A DNA stretch of 64,000 nt from Amoebidium appalachense (taxonomy: Eukaryota; Protista; Ichthyosporea). Every line of letters begins with the position of its first letter. Within the stretch, counting starts at the first letter, position 1. The position numbers and the translations under genes were made by a program. The stretch spans positions 4,960,001 through 5,024,000 of the forward strand of contig CAVNZM010000014.1 of NCBI GenBank assembly GCA_963693365.1, given 5' to 3'. The notes under the pieces were generated by a model. The model saw nothing but the letters and a program-made list of their open reading frames with translations. It ran no database searches and was not told the DNA's origin. Of this stretch, positions 41,115 through 63,458 are shown one piece after another.

Positions 41115-44100
41115 AGTACTTCTTGCACCACAAACTACTGCACACACACAGAGTACTGTTTGCATCACAGGCACGGAGTGCGTGTGTTGTGTGTGTGTGG
41201 GGTGGGGTGGGGTGGATGGATGTATGGTCTTTCAAGCGAAGTGGCGTGGGTTTGAACTGATTGGTGGTCAGTTGAGCCTTTTGGGTTTCTGGTTGTGTAT
41301 TTGCGAGCTGAATGATGCCGTTTTGGCTATAACGATTGGGTAATTTGGGTTGGGAAAACTTTGCGGGGGATTACATATTAATGGGGCTTTCATGTTAGCA
41401 GCTTACACTGAAATAGACATTTGTTTTCTCTGTATAAGTCGCATGTTCAAGAATGTGACCGGGTTTTTGTCTTGATGGCAATATGATCCCTTTTTTTTCC
41501 ACTCTTTGCTTCCGTTGTTTTACGATGATGGAAACTCCACACGATGTTTTATCATGCTATGTCCTTAGTAGCAAAATTCACTAATTTTTGATTTCACTGT
41601 ACCCTCGTGTGCACATGTTAGGTGCCAAACTATCTACACGTATGGGCCTTACCCGATAGAAGGTATCTTTTGGGGTAGCATATACCTTGGCCGTGGGTGT
41701 TGCTTGTATGATGGCCTTTCACACTGTCTGTGGCTTGTTCTTTTTGGACAAGTGTTGACACCCGAAATTGCTTGTGGTGACGGTTCGTGTACGTTCATGA
41801 ATTAAACATCCAGGCTGTTCCAGTTGTGCGTCCCGTAATCCCCCCACCCCCTACCCCCACCACGCACACACGCACCTCTGTCACTGGCTCTCAGATACAT
41901 CTGCTCAAACCCATACACATTGTGCATGCTGAAGAATTCAACCATCCTCGACACATCTCACAATGGGCTTGTGTGTGTGCGTGCGTCTCTTGAGTGATCG
42001 CTGTGTATGCTGTATGCATGTCATGATGATGTGTATTTGACTTAGCTGTGTGTACATGGTGTGTCACGCTGGGAGGGGCCCGGTATATGTTGCGGATCGA
42101 CGCACTGCTTATTTCCGTCCTTTTATGTTTGTAGCCGCCCGCGTGCATGCCGAAGGCTTCCCCGGTCACCGTGTCTCAGACTAATGCATGGCTGTGGTCG
42201 TGGCTGAATTCACTTTGTAAATGGCACTTAAATGTGACACATTAGAACTGTAGTACTGACAGTGTGACCCATGCATACATGTGTCACCGACGTCGCGCCT
42301 CCGCTTGGCCGTGACCCCTGTGCGGGACGGCGCCCCACGCGCACACTGCACGTACACGACAACTCTTGACCGCGGTCCAACACTGACGCGTGTGCACGGA
42401 GCTGTCGCGCGGTGACAAATCATGAAACGGGTTGACGGTGTTGCCATTGAATGGGCGGTCCGGGCAAAACGTGCACAATAGTAACACAGGAGGCCTACAC
42501 GTATGAATTCGGAACGAGTTGCGGAAGACTGCGTTTGGTTGAAAATTTGATTGGGTTACGGTGTGGAAAAGGCGCCAAAAATCCCAAAATAGACGACCCT
42601 GATAATCGGATAACTCGGTCAGAGTTATAATCCTGTGCATATATATATTACAGCCATTCCATATGTAATGCCTGGTGAAAACATGTAAATGGGAAAATAG
42701 TTTTTTCCGATAAAAGTAGATATCTCTCCATATAAGGTACCTACAGGCTACATAATCTTTTTTGATGCAACGCGATTTATTAAACTATTTAGAAAAGACC
42801 AGACTGATGCTCTTACCACCAATCAAATATATCCTTGGATGCTATTGTGTACACTATCTTTCTAATGAGAGGAGGGCGCAAACATTGTGATCAGATCTGG
42901 ATGTCCATATGTAGCTCTCCGCCCTGCGGGATCTTTCAACTGGTAAGCGCTTACAATGTGCCAGCCCGGAAAATATATAAAACTCTTTGACAACAAATTT
43001 TCTAGTGTAAACAAAGGGCTTTGTGACGGCACGTTGTTGCCCGTGGGGCACCTGCCTGTAGCTATCACTATCGAACTTCGAGGTTGCCACCCAGCCAAGA
43101 GAAACCGCACGTGGCATCAGAACACGCGCGGTAATAATAATGTACAGAAGTCTGGGCAAGACACGATCAGCAAAGAGTATATGAAATAACGCACTATGCA
43201 ACCTGAGCTTTCAGCATGTTTTGTTTTTCTATTTAAATTAGGGTAAGGTAACTTCGATGGATTCAAAACAGTTGCTGAAGGTCCAACGTTTGATTCAAGG
43301 ACCATGGCACTTGACTGGATTGCTTGGTTATCGGGCGTTTCTGCTTCGCTCCAAATGGACGACCAATCAATGATTTCTGGCTTATTGGTGAAATTTGCCA
43401 CCTCACATCCTATCTCGAAGATGGTAAATGGTAAATGAAACCACACACACTCACCTTGCCCAGAACTTAGCCTATGTTGCTAAGAGCGCAAATGTAATCC
43501 AAAATAAGCTACATGAAAAGTTTGACTAAAAAATACATCTTTGCGCCAGCACACATAGGCAGTGGCAGCATGCACTGTCATATGCCAGCGGACATTGTTC
43601 GGATGATCACGATGCATCGATCGATGCATGCGTAAATGTTTCGAGAACCTGAGGTTGAGATATACTAGATAAAAGATGAAATTGTAAATCTATAATTGGG
43701 CTTGGGGTGCTGTATGCCGGCACGATTGTGGCATTTTCCTCTTCGAATTGATGGGAACAGAACGTGTAGCCTTCATGTTACTTCTTGTCTCTACACTACC
43801 AAATTTCACTTCGTAACGTTCTTTTTCTCTTTGTTTTTCCAAAGCTATAACAGCTGGTGTGCTCTCACAAAGTTGCAAGGTATTGATACAGCTTTCTCTT
43901 GCTGTGAGTCCCAGAGATAACTCACATGTGTCCATAGGGATCTTGGATCTTCGAATTCTTTCCCACGTATACAGTAACAGTCTATATACACTAGCTACAC
44001 ACAGAGAACCATTTTATATCTCTTTTACCTTTATGTATTTGAAGTGGAGATTGATGTGTATATACCATCGGAGCCCTCTCCCCAGTGGATGAAGTAAAGA

Positions 44101-44518
44101 TCATCCACTTCTCAACCTGTCACGGTGATTTCCACTTACCCACCGAGATTACTCGCTTCATGTAAATAGGGGGAACGCGGCGAGTGTTGAATACAGTAAG
44201 GTTCAATCATTGCAGAAATACCACCGTTCCCGTTTCTCTCTTTAGTCGCAATCACAGGGGCTTTGTGACTGCTCATCAGTCTCAATGACCACATCATAGC
44301 ATGCGATCCGCAACCTTCATGTTAGAGAACTACTAGTCACAGGGGGCATTAGGCAAGCGACGGGGCAAAACATAGTTTACCATAAGCCAGCAGCTTGATA
44401 TCTGCGCTTTAACTTATCAGCCATGGAAACTTCGTTCGTTTGCAGACGTTAAACATCCACATTCTATCCATTACCCACCCATTGACACATCAGAACATGC
44501 ACACAACACACAAAGAAA

Positions 44519-53384
<8,866 letters not shown>

Positions 53385-54247
53385 AGTTTTTTTTTAAATA
53401 TTCATCAAAGTTTTTGTCCCCCTTCTTTTTTTTTTTGATACGGAGGGAGATATTCTAAAATGATTCTCCACCCCGAATTTGTGAATTGGGTACCAAATCG
53501 AATCGAGATGAGAAAATACTAAAGTTTTAGAGTACTAGTGTGTGGCATAAATCTGCCGAACACTTCAGGATTACCCCTAAGGATTGATGTGGAAACACCC
53601 AAGGGTACGCACGACATTGGTAGGATCTCGATCCTTAAAGACCAAACCAGATCAAAAAGAAAAAAGAAAAAGAACCAAAAAAAAAAAAACTTGCGCTTTT
53701 GCGTGTGATGATGTTGAATTCTGCCTTTAGCAAAGACCCATTTTAGTATAATGGATGTCCCAAAGTATATATACTGTAATTCTGGTTTCTTTGGTTAAAC
53801 TGCTGGTCTGCTTATAGTAAATCGCAAACTTTTAAATCGCAGTTTGTAGTAAGGTTTAAACTGCTCATGACAATACATTATCATAGTTCACTATGATGCA
53901 CTCATTTTTGTGCATTTGTGCGTGTGTGTGTGTGTGCGTGCGTGCGTGTGAGTGTGTGTGTGTTGGTGTGCCTTTTTTCTTTTTGGTGGGGGAAGGGGGG
54001 GGAGAGGGGGGGGGGGGGGGGGGGGGAGGAGGGGGGAAAAGAGGAAGGGAGGAAGGGGGGAGAGAGGAGTGTAAGTCTTCATCTATTTTGTATGGGAAAT
54101 GGCACGCCCACAATCATTCGTGCCCACATGGCTACCTGCACGTGCATCCACAGGTGCCACCCACCGTGCATACAACTGATTGGCTTAGCCTGCAACACTG
54201 AGAAAAAAATCCAGCACAGGCTTTTGTGAATTCATTGCTTACCCCCC

Positions 54248-54293
<46 letters not shown>

Positions 54294-54364
54294 ACTTCCC
54301 CCACCCCAATCCCTGGCCCCTTTCTTTCAAAGCCTCCTTCCCCCTCCTCCCCCTTTCTCTCCTC

Positions 54365-54396
<32 letters not shown>

Positions 54397-54777
54397 AAAA
54401 AAAGAAAAAAGAAAAGAAAAAAAAAAAAGAAACCAGGCAAGAAAGTACACATCGAAACCAAGATGCCACTTGTATCGCACCACCCGCATTGCATTTATAC
54501 TCAAGTTTCACCATATATGTAGGTCCCACACCCTCAAATCAAACAGCTCTTTTAAGCATTTCTGGGGAGGGTATCTTCTAAAGCGAGAAAAAAACGGGAG
54601 GTTGGCAGTGTGGGTTTTGTCCCACAATCAAGCGGCAAATACCGTGTAACGACTTGGTATGGTCGGCCGTTTGCATGTGCATGACCAGACCTGTTCACGT
54701 GCACTGACACAGTGCAGTGTTGACTTGATCTAGAAGGGAAAATGGTCACTTAAATACTGTCTGCAGAAGCATTGGTT

Positions 54778-54836
<59 letters not shown>

Positions 54837-54968
54837 GAAAGGGAAGAGGTGAAACTTTTAAGAAAGAAAAGAGGAAAAGAAAGAACATGAAAAATGCGAC
54901 TGGAACCACGGTATAGTCTATCATTACCTACAGAAGCAGTCCCTCCCTCCCTGCCTCCCTCCCCCCCT

Positions 54969-55017
<49 letters not shown>

Positions 55018-56197
55018 TTCGCTCCCCCAGGCACCTGCCTGCCTGCCCACTTGCCACCGAGTCAAAAAAACATAAACACCACACACAAACAAACAAGCAC
55101 ACAACCATACAAACGCATAACCACATAAACACGGTCACGAAGATGGAAAAGAAAGAAGAAAGAAAAGGAAGAGGGCAAAGATTTCGGAGAGTAATAAAAG
55201 AGACAACCCTGAAAAACGAACTCGAACCACCACATCGTCAATTATCACCAACGAGCAGCTCCCAATCCTTCCCCTCCCCCCCCCCCCCCCTCCCCCTCCC
55301 CCCCCCCCCCCACACACACACACACACACACGCACGCAGAGAGAGAGAGAAGATACAAAAAGAAAGAAAAAAAAGAAAAAAAAAAGGAAGGGAATGAAAA
55401 AGAAGAAAGTAATAAAACAGATAAACACAATGTCAACCATCAACAAAAGGCAGCCGTCCCCCCCCCCCCCCCCCCCCCTCCCCCCAGACACCTGTGTGCC
55501 CATCCTTTTGCAAACAAAGAAACCGACCCACATGGCACATCCCTCCGGTGCCTACATGTGCATGGACACCTGCCACCAGTTTCGCATACAAGTTAGTGCT
55601 ACAACATTCTAGAAAAAGTGAGAAAACCCTTCAGTAGGTCGTTTGTATGAATGCACCTTCTTCCCCACCCACCCCATCCCCTCCATCCACCCCTGGAGGA
55701 ATATGGGCCCAAGAATGTAATTTTGTTAATTTTGTTAATTTTAAATGGGAGCCTGAGGCGGCGTGTGCCTCATCCCACAATCGAAGGGACCCGATGCTTT
55801 ACGACCCTGTATGGTTGGTTCTTTGTGTGATGGTAACCAGCCCAAACCACGTGTACTGACTAGTGCACCATCTGCTTACTAAGCGCAGGGACATAATCAT
55901 AACTAGCTCCTGGGCCACCGGGTCAACCACAAACGTGTTGCAGAATGAAACGGTTCAGGATATTGTATGCAGTGATTGGAGTTCAGACACAAAAACGAAC
56001 ACCAGACCTGTTGTGACGAGGGAAAAGGGGGTATGGGGGGAGGTGGGGAGGGGCAGGAGAGAAATCGAAAGAAAAACAAAGTGCATTTTGCACAGATTTT
56101 TTTTATATTTTTTATAATGACTATATTGATATGCTCAGCAAAACTTGGAAGCCATGGAGATATCACCGATATCTCGGAGAAGAAAATACAAAAGCCC

Positions 56198-56585
56198 TCA
56201 CTCTTGGATACGGAGGAGATAACGACTTAAATAATCATACACCCTAGAAAACTCGTTAAACATACCGTGGTTCAACAGATAGTCAATAGACGTCATATCA
56301 GGATTATCTAAATAAGCCAGTCTTCTAATGTCTAACGGAATAATCTGAGATAAATAAATACATTTATCTAAGTGTTTACGAGAAAAAGGTTCTGCACAAA
56401 AGTGGCACAAACATTTATGGAAACAAAGGTTACAGCGCAAAAATAAACATTTCCAAGCTATATCACAAGGAGGGGTTAGAATTGCAAATCGGTAAGTGTG
56501 GTAGGTTTACGAGAGGAAGGATAAATATAAGTAGCTAATTTACACAACGATTGTAAAGAAAATAGACGAGTCTCTAATATAAAAA
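56198..56585 (-). pseudogene. Degraded 3' end of a non-LTR retrotransposon ORF (CCHC-type knuckle), related to the 35063-36240 fragment
   Basis: RLFSLQSLCKLATYIYPSSRKPTTLTD resembles KYILPSCRTGLSLAD. After a frameshift, CHFCAEPFSRKHLDKC...TSIDYLLN resembles FKRSCIAKC...NILDFILN. Confidence 0.7.
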
Positions 56586-56690
56586 AAGAAAACTTTCCGG
56601 AATAGCCAAGGCATCCGATCCTTGACTACCCCGCTTAGAGGGCCATTGCCATAGTTCTGCACCCAGGCGATCAGGGGATCCAATCCCCAA

Positions 56691-56750
56691 TGCGCTAAAG
56701 CCCGGGATTCGAACCAGGTGCCTCCTGCGTCGGAGGCGAGGAGCTTACAC
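56691..56750 (-). pseudogene. tRNA-derived sequence (tRNA-Gly-like anticodon and T arms), probable SINE head; not a functional tRNA
   Basis: Minus strand CTCGCCTCCGACGCAGGAGGCACCTGGTTCGAATCCCGGG contains B box GGTTCGAATCC. Stems are mismatched and there is no intact 5' acceptor or D arm. Confidence 0.7.
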
Positions 56751-56773
56751 AGAATTTTCACCACAACAAACAG

Positions 56774-56840
<67 letters not shown>

Positions 56841-56950
56841 CGCATTTGTGCCCGCCCGTCTGTCCGCACGGTCACACACATACGCACACACACACAGCAC
56901 ATAAGCGCTTTCCCCATTGCCCCTAAATTTACAGATACCCCTTACCCCTC

Positions 56951-57020
<70 letters not shown>

Positions 57021-57739
57021 CTCTCCCCGCCCCATAAATTGACGAAGAAGGAAGGGGGAAAAAAAATAAATAAAAAAACCACCGACACCTCTGCTGTCAC
57101 CGCAAAGCAAACTAAAACCCCTTCGGCTTATGAAAAGGCAGGAGTACCCCCCCCCCCCCCCCCCCCCCACCCCCCCCCCTCACTCCCTCCCCCCCACCCC
57201 AACCCCCTTCTCCATATCTTTTTTGTATGTATCCAGTACACCCTCTCACTGAATACTGCCAAATAAGTTGTGATTTTGAATGGGACCAGACAGGCATGCG
57301 CTGCGCCTTCGGCTGACACAGCCTAGAGAGGTGTCCCAAAGATGGTCGAGAGTGTCCACGGTTACACTACTTTAGGAGTTTAAAGGCTTGAAAGCATTTT
57401 TTCTTTCTACCAGATAACCAGGGAGTGTGGGGAGGAGGAGGAAGGGGGGACGGGGGGGGTGGGGGGGGGGGGGGGGGGGGGGAGGAGGTGCCAGTGGCAG
57501 TAGTGGTGATGGTGAGTGGGTGGGTGGGTGGGTGATCTCTCCCCTCATCCCTCCCGTGCCTATGCGTGCATGCATGGACACCTGCCACCAGTTTTGCATA
57601 CAAAGTGCAGCTACAACATTCGAGAAAGAGCGAGAAACCCCTTCAGTATATCGTTTGTTTGACTACACCTTCCTTTCCCCCCCCCCCCCCCCCCTCTTCC
57701 GCCCCTCCCTCCCCCATTCCCCCTTCCCCCCCCCTTCCC

Positions 57740-57796
<57 letters not shown>

Positions 57797-58289
57797 ACAC
57801 ACACAAACCATGGGGGACGAGGTGCCCAAGAATGTGCTTTTGTTAAAACTTAGGGTATTTTAAAAGGGGAGCCTGCGGCAGTGTGTGTCTAATCCCACAA
57901 TCAAACGAACTAATCCGTTATGATAACCCTAAATGGTTGCTTCTTCGTGTGATGGTTACCAGCCCAAACCACATGCACTGACTAGTGCACCATCTGCTTA
58001 CTAAGCGCAGGGACATAATCATAACTAGCTCCTGGGCCACTGGGTCACCCACAAAAATCTCGCAGAATGAAATGGCTCAGGATAATATATGCAGTGATTT
58101 GAGTTCCGACACAAACACAAACACCAGACATGTTGCGACAAGGGTAAAGGGTGAGGAGGGGATGTGGGGGAGGCAGGAGAGAAATTGAAAGAAAAAAAAT
58201 TGCACACAGCACACAATTTGCACCAGCACCAACACAATCCTCCCTCCTCCCCCCTCCCCCCGCCCTCCCCCCCCTCCCCCTCCCCCCCC

Positions 58290-58322
<33 letters not shown>

Positions 58323-60983
58323 ACCTCCCTCCCCCTTTCTTCCCCCAGGGCCCTGTCTGCCCACCTGTCTGCCCGCGCGGTCACATATTAATGCATATTC
58401 ATATAGGACACACACTTTCCTCATCGCTCCCAAATTTACCGATACCCCACAAAAGTCCAATGCCCCCGACCCCATCCCCCCCCCCCCCCCCCCCCAAAAA
58501 AAAAAAAAAAAAAAAAAAATAATAAAATAAATAAATAAATAAATAAATAAATAAATATTTTTAATTTTTATTTATTTTATTTTTTTTTTTTTTTTTTTGG
58601 GGGGGGGGGGGGGGGGGCCAAAAAAATAAATAAATAAATAAATAAAATAAAAAACAACCTCCCCGACCCCTAAAACAAAGGGGTAAAAAATCAACAACAA
58701 AAAAAAAACAAAAAAAAAACACACACACCATCTCCCCTATTGTCACCACAAAGCAAACTAAAACTCCTACTTCTCCTGAAAGGCTCCCCCCCCCTCCCCC
58801 CCCCCCCCCCCCTCCCCCCTCCCCCCCCCCCCCCCCCCCCCTCATCCCCCCCTTCTCCCCCCCCCCCCCCCCCCCCCCTAACCACCTCCCCCCTCCCCAT
58901 ACATTTGTTTTGCCTGTATCCAGTACAACCCTTTCAAAATTGAGCAGATAACTGGTGGTTTATATGGGACCGGGCAGGCATGTGTTGCCCCTTCAGTTGG
59001 GCACAGACCAGAGAGGAGTCCCGATAATAGGCAGCAGCATCCACCGTTACAATACTTTCAGAATCCAAAGGTTTGAAAGCATTTTCACTCTCTACCAGAA
59101 GACGATTGGAGGCGTGGGGGTAGGGGGGGGGGGGGGGGGGAGGGGGAGGGAGGAGGTGTGTGTGTGTGGGGTAGTAGAAGTAGTGGTGGTGGTGTTGGCG
59201 GGCGGGTGGGTGGGTGGGTGGGTGGGTGGGTGGGTGCGGTGATGAGGTAGATTTTGAGGCTGGAGCCCGGAGAAAGGGAATGATGGGGGAAGGGGGAATG
59301 ATAAATGTTGTTGCTTCTTAAGCTTAAACACTCATGCTTCAAAGACAAGATGTAAAGCCTGTCAGTGAGTAGGTATGTGAACGTGTCTGGGTGCACGTGG
59401 GCAAGGGGGCGCTGAGGGTAGGAGGGTTGCTTATTTGTGCACGGGTGCATGCAATCTCATTGCTTTCTTCCTTTCTTCCTTTCTTTTTCTTTCTTTTTTT
59501 TTTTTTTTTGGGGGGGGGGGGAGGGGGGGGGGGGGGGGGGATGCACCCATATGCCAAGTACCTGCACGTACATCCGCAGGTGCCACCCACTGTCAATACG
59601 ACTGATTGGCTTAGCCTGCAACACTGAGAAAAAAATCCAGCACAGGCTATTGTGAATTATGTGCTTACCTACCTCCCCCCCCCGTCCCCCCCCCCCCCCC
59701 CCTCCGGTCCCCCCCCCCCCCCCCCCCCCCCCCCCCGGGCCAACTACGGACGACCCTCCCTCCCTCCCTCCCTTCCTCGCTCCCTCCCTTTCACCCTTGA
59801 AGTTCCTCCCTCCCCCCCCCCCCCCCCCCTCCTCTCTCTCTCTCTTTTTTTTTTTTAAAAAAAAAAAAACTAAGCAAGAAAATACACACCAAAAAACCCA
59901 AAAAGGCACTTGTACCCCACTACCCACATGGCATTTATTATATTCAAATGTCAACGTATATGTGGGCCCCACACCCCCGCCCATTAAACTGCCCTTTTTA
60001 ACATTTTTTTTGCAGGGTTTCCTGTTAAGCGAGAAAAAAATGTGAGGTTGGCAGTGTGGGTTTTGTCCCACATTCAAACGGACAAATGCCACATAACGAC
60101 ATTGCATCGTCGGCCATTCGAAAGTTGGTGGCCAGACCTGTGGGACGTCCCCTTTTTCTTCTGACTTGGGGAGGAACTATGGTCACCCACATCTTAATTG
60201 CAGAAGGATATCATCCAGGGTACAAATTCGACTGACACACGCATACATACCTACACATTTGCATATGCCAGTGAGCGCGGACACACAAACACAAGATGAA
60301 AAAACAAAAGAATCATCAACCATTATCAACGTTTAAGATAGTGAACCTCCCCCTCCCTTTTCTCCCGAGCGCCTGCATGCCTGCCCAACCCATCGAACGT
60401 TATTACAAACCCCATACCCATTGTCATTGGTGCACACGTGCCTATCGCAGGTTCCACCTACTGTGCATGCCCACAAACACGGCCCCGGTTACCACAGCAG
60501 CTACCACTACCGCCATCACCAAATCGTGAATGACAGAAGCGAAAAAGAAGCATGCTTTCTCCTGCAAAACACCTTTACAATCTCAGCATTTATTTTTTTC
60601 GTGTCCACCAGGCTTTGGTCAAATCGATAAAAGGAGAATTGATTAGGTATCCGACGAACAGGTGGTCTCCTATTATCATAACAATATAACATAACATAAC
60701 GTCCACGTGACGCACTCAAGAACAGTGTGAGAGGCAGAATCATTGGGGAGAGCCCAGTGACACCGTATATACCCATTGCTCCAGAGACTCAAGGCGGCAA
60801 GAACTTGAAAAACGTCAGGTCAATACAGGTGTCTCTCATACGTGGACACCTTCGGATAAGAAGTTTGTGTAGGTAAACACCACAGTGCACGTAGGCATTG
60901 GAGCATTTGTTCCGCATTCCTTGTCCAGTGAGTAAAAGGCTTCTGTGGCCAGTGGAACGGTGTGGGTGGGTGGTTTCGTTGGG

Positions 60984-61020
<37 letters not shown>

Positions 61021-61444
61021 TTATAGGTGGAAAGGGACGGGCAGGGAGGAGGAGGGGAAGGAGTAGTGGAAGGTCGGGTGCCTGTTTGCTGTATACTTCG
61101 CAAATTAGCCTTAGTCAATGTTTTAAAACTTCGGGAAGGGGGTGGAGGGGGGGGAGGGGGGAGTGATTAATACAAAATACATACTCAGACGAAGTCTATG
61201 GGTGCAGGAAAGACACCACCTACTATATGAATTGTCCTCCACATCCCTCCCGTGCATACTTGTGCACGAACACCTGCCACCAGTTTCGCATACAAATCAG
61301 TGCGACAACATTCGAGAAAGAGCGAGACAACCCTTCAGACGATGGTTTTTTTTTTGAATACTCTTTCCTCCCTCCCGCCCTCCCCTCCTCCCCCTCCCCC
61401 TCCCCCCCCTTCCTTCCTCCCCACCCCGCATTCCCTCCTCCCCT

Positions 61445-61479
<35 letters not shown>

Positions 61480-62353
61480 GGCACGATGGGCCCAAGAATG
61501 AATCTTTGTTAACTCTTAATGATTGGAAATCTTAGATGGGGAGCCAGAGGCACTATGCGTCTCATCCCGCAATCAAAAGACCCGTTTTCTTTTGATGACC
61601 CTATATGGCTGGTTCTTATGGTGATGGTGACCAGCCCAAACCACATGCAATAACTAGTGCATCTGGACACACAGCGCAGAGACAAAACCTTGTTTGGCTC
61701 CCGGGACTCTTGGTCACCCAACTCGTAACAAATAAAACAGACTCTAAGTTTTCACTCCAAGTTGGGTGGACTACATGTCCACCTACGTGCGCACCACACC
61801 AGTCACCACTCGCTTTGCATACAACTCGGTACGGCAACATTCGAGGGAAAAAGAGAGAGAAGGCGACTGTACATTTTCTGCTTGCATACGTCATCTATTT
61901 TTAGTTGAGCACCGCCCTAACCCCCCCTCCCCCCCCCCCCCCAAAAAAAAAAGAAAAAAAAAAAAAGCACATATTCACGTGTAACCCACACACCTCATTA
62001 CATAGATACAGGCAGACACTGTGCTCCATGAATTACTTACACGATGCACACGTACAAGCGATTAGAACCATCAGATTCCGGTGTGGGTGTTTGCCCAACG
62101 TGCAGATTCTTCATGACTATCCCGGTGACTACGTTTATAAAATTTTTGCCGCTATGCTAGTCCATGCAAAAAAAAAAAGGGGGGGAAGGGGGAAGGGAGG
62201 GAGGGAGGGGGGGGGGGGGGGGGGAGGTGGCCCACTGGAGGAAGGGGGGAGGAGGCAAGGGGTAAGATATGTCCACTGTATAAACTAAAAGTGCAAATTC
62301 CTCGGTGAGGCGCTTGGCAACCACCAATTTTTTGCAGCGCTAAAACTTGAGCC

Positions 62354-62401
<48 letters not shown>

Positions 62402-62770
62402 TTTCCGCCTCCTTTCCATCACCACCATCAACACCTTTTCTATTCTTCGTATCCAATACATCTTTTGGTCACATGGCAATGTCAATCGAGACCCCAGGGG
62501 AGGGAAGGGGAAAGGGGAGGCATGTCCCACAATCAAACATCTCGAAAGTTGCTGCTTTCATATAGCAGGGTCATTGATGCTCACCTGGGTGACCAGCCCC
62601 TTAGTCTTGCACTGAACGGTGCATCGGATTCAACAACAGGATCCATCGGGTTGACAGAACTTCTTCTGACTCAGTCAGCAAACGAGTGGCATTTGGTCAC
62701 CCAATATGAAATGCAGAAAGATCAAGGCTTAGCACGGTGCACCAGAAACTCGGATAAAACTCTTAAGTCG

Positions 62771-62815
<45 letters not shown>

Positions 62816-63188
62816 GCCTGCCTATCCGCCCATCCCTGGCTCCCTGACCACCCAGTCATATATTCCTTAGACCATCTTTGTGACTCCCCGGCCTCCCTCC
62901 CCCTCAGGGCCCCCTCCCTTTCCACCCCCTCCCCTCCCCACCTTCCCCTCCCTCCCACCCCTCCCCTCCTTTATTTTAACCCGCTCCCCCCCTCCCCCCC
63001 CCCCCCCCCCCCTCCCCCCCTCCTTTATTTTAACCACCTCCTCTTCCCCCCCGTCCCCCGGCCAATTCCTTGCTCTTCTTCTTCCGTTATTTTGTATGCA
63101 GAAAAGACTTAAACTTCGAACCGTCCTATATTAGTAGATGTGGATGCCATGCAAAACCTTGTAATTAAACGTTCTTATGGTCTATTTA

Positions 63189-63219
<31 letters not shown>

Positions 63220-63421
63220 TTGTTCAGGGGTAAAAAAGGCGCCGGGGTCGTTTGGGGGAAGGGAGGGGGGAGAGGCCCTGTTTGCTGGGTGGGAGCGGGG
63301 GGGGGGGGGGGGGGGGGGGGGAGGGGGGGGGATGTTGGTTGGGGGCGTGGGGAAGCCGGGGTTGTTTCGTGTAAGGGGGAGCCTCGACGTTTCAAAAGTT
63401 TGGATGAAAAAAAAAGGGGAG

Positions 63422-63458
<37 letters not shown>

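Larger units (their letters stand above)
54120..62710. repeat. Array of diverged direct repeats (A, B and C blocks, 0.6-2 kb units)
   Basis: A: 54120-54750 ~ 59540-60190. B: 55530-56100 ~ 57550-58210 ~ 61240-61730, with partial copies at 61770-61860 and 62520-62710. C: 56850-57420 ~ 58350-59100. A and B share the ordered motifs GCATACAA..CAACA..GAGAAA, TCCCACAATCAA, GACCAG, GCACTGAC and GGTCAC. Confidence 0.85.

Noticed and set aside
56691-56750. Functional tRNA-Arg(CCG)
   Set aside because: No intact acceptor stem or D arm and mismatched stems; better read as a tRNA-Gly-derived relic.
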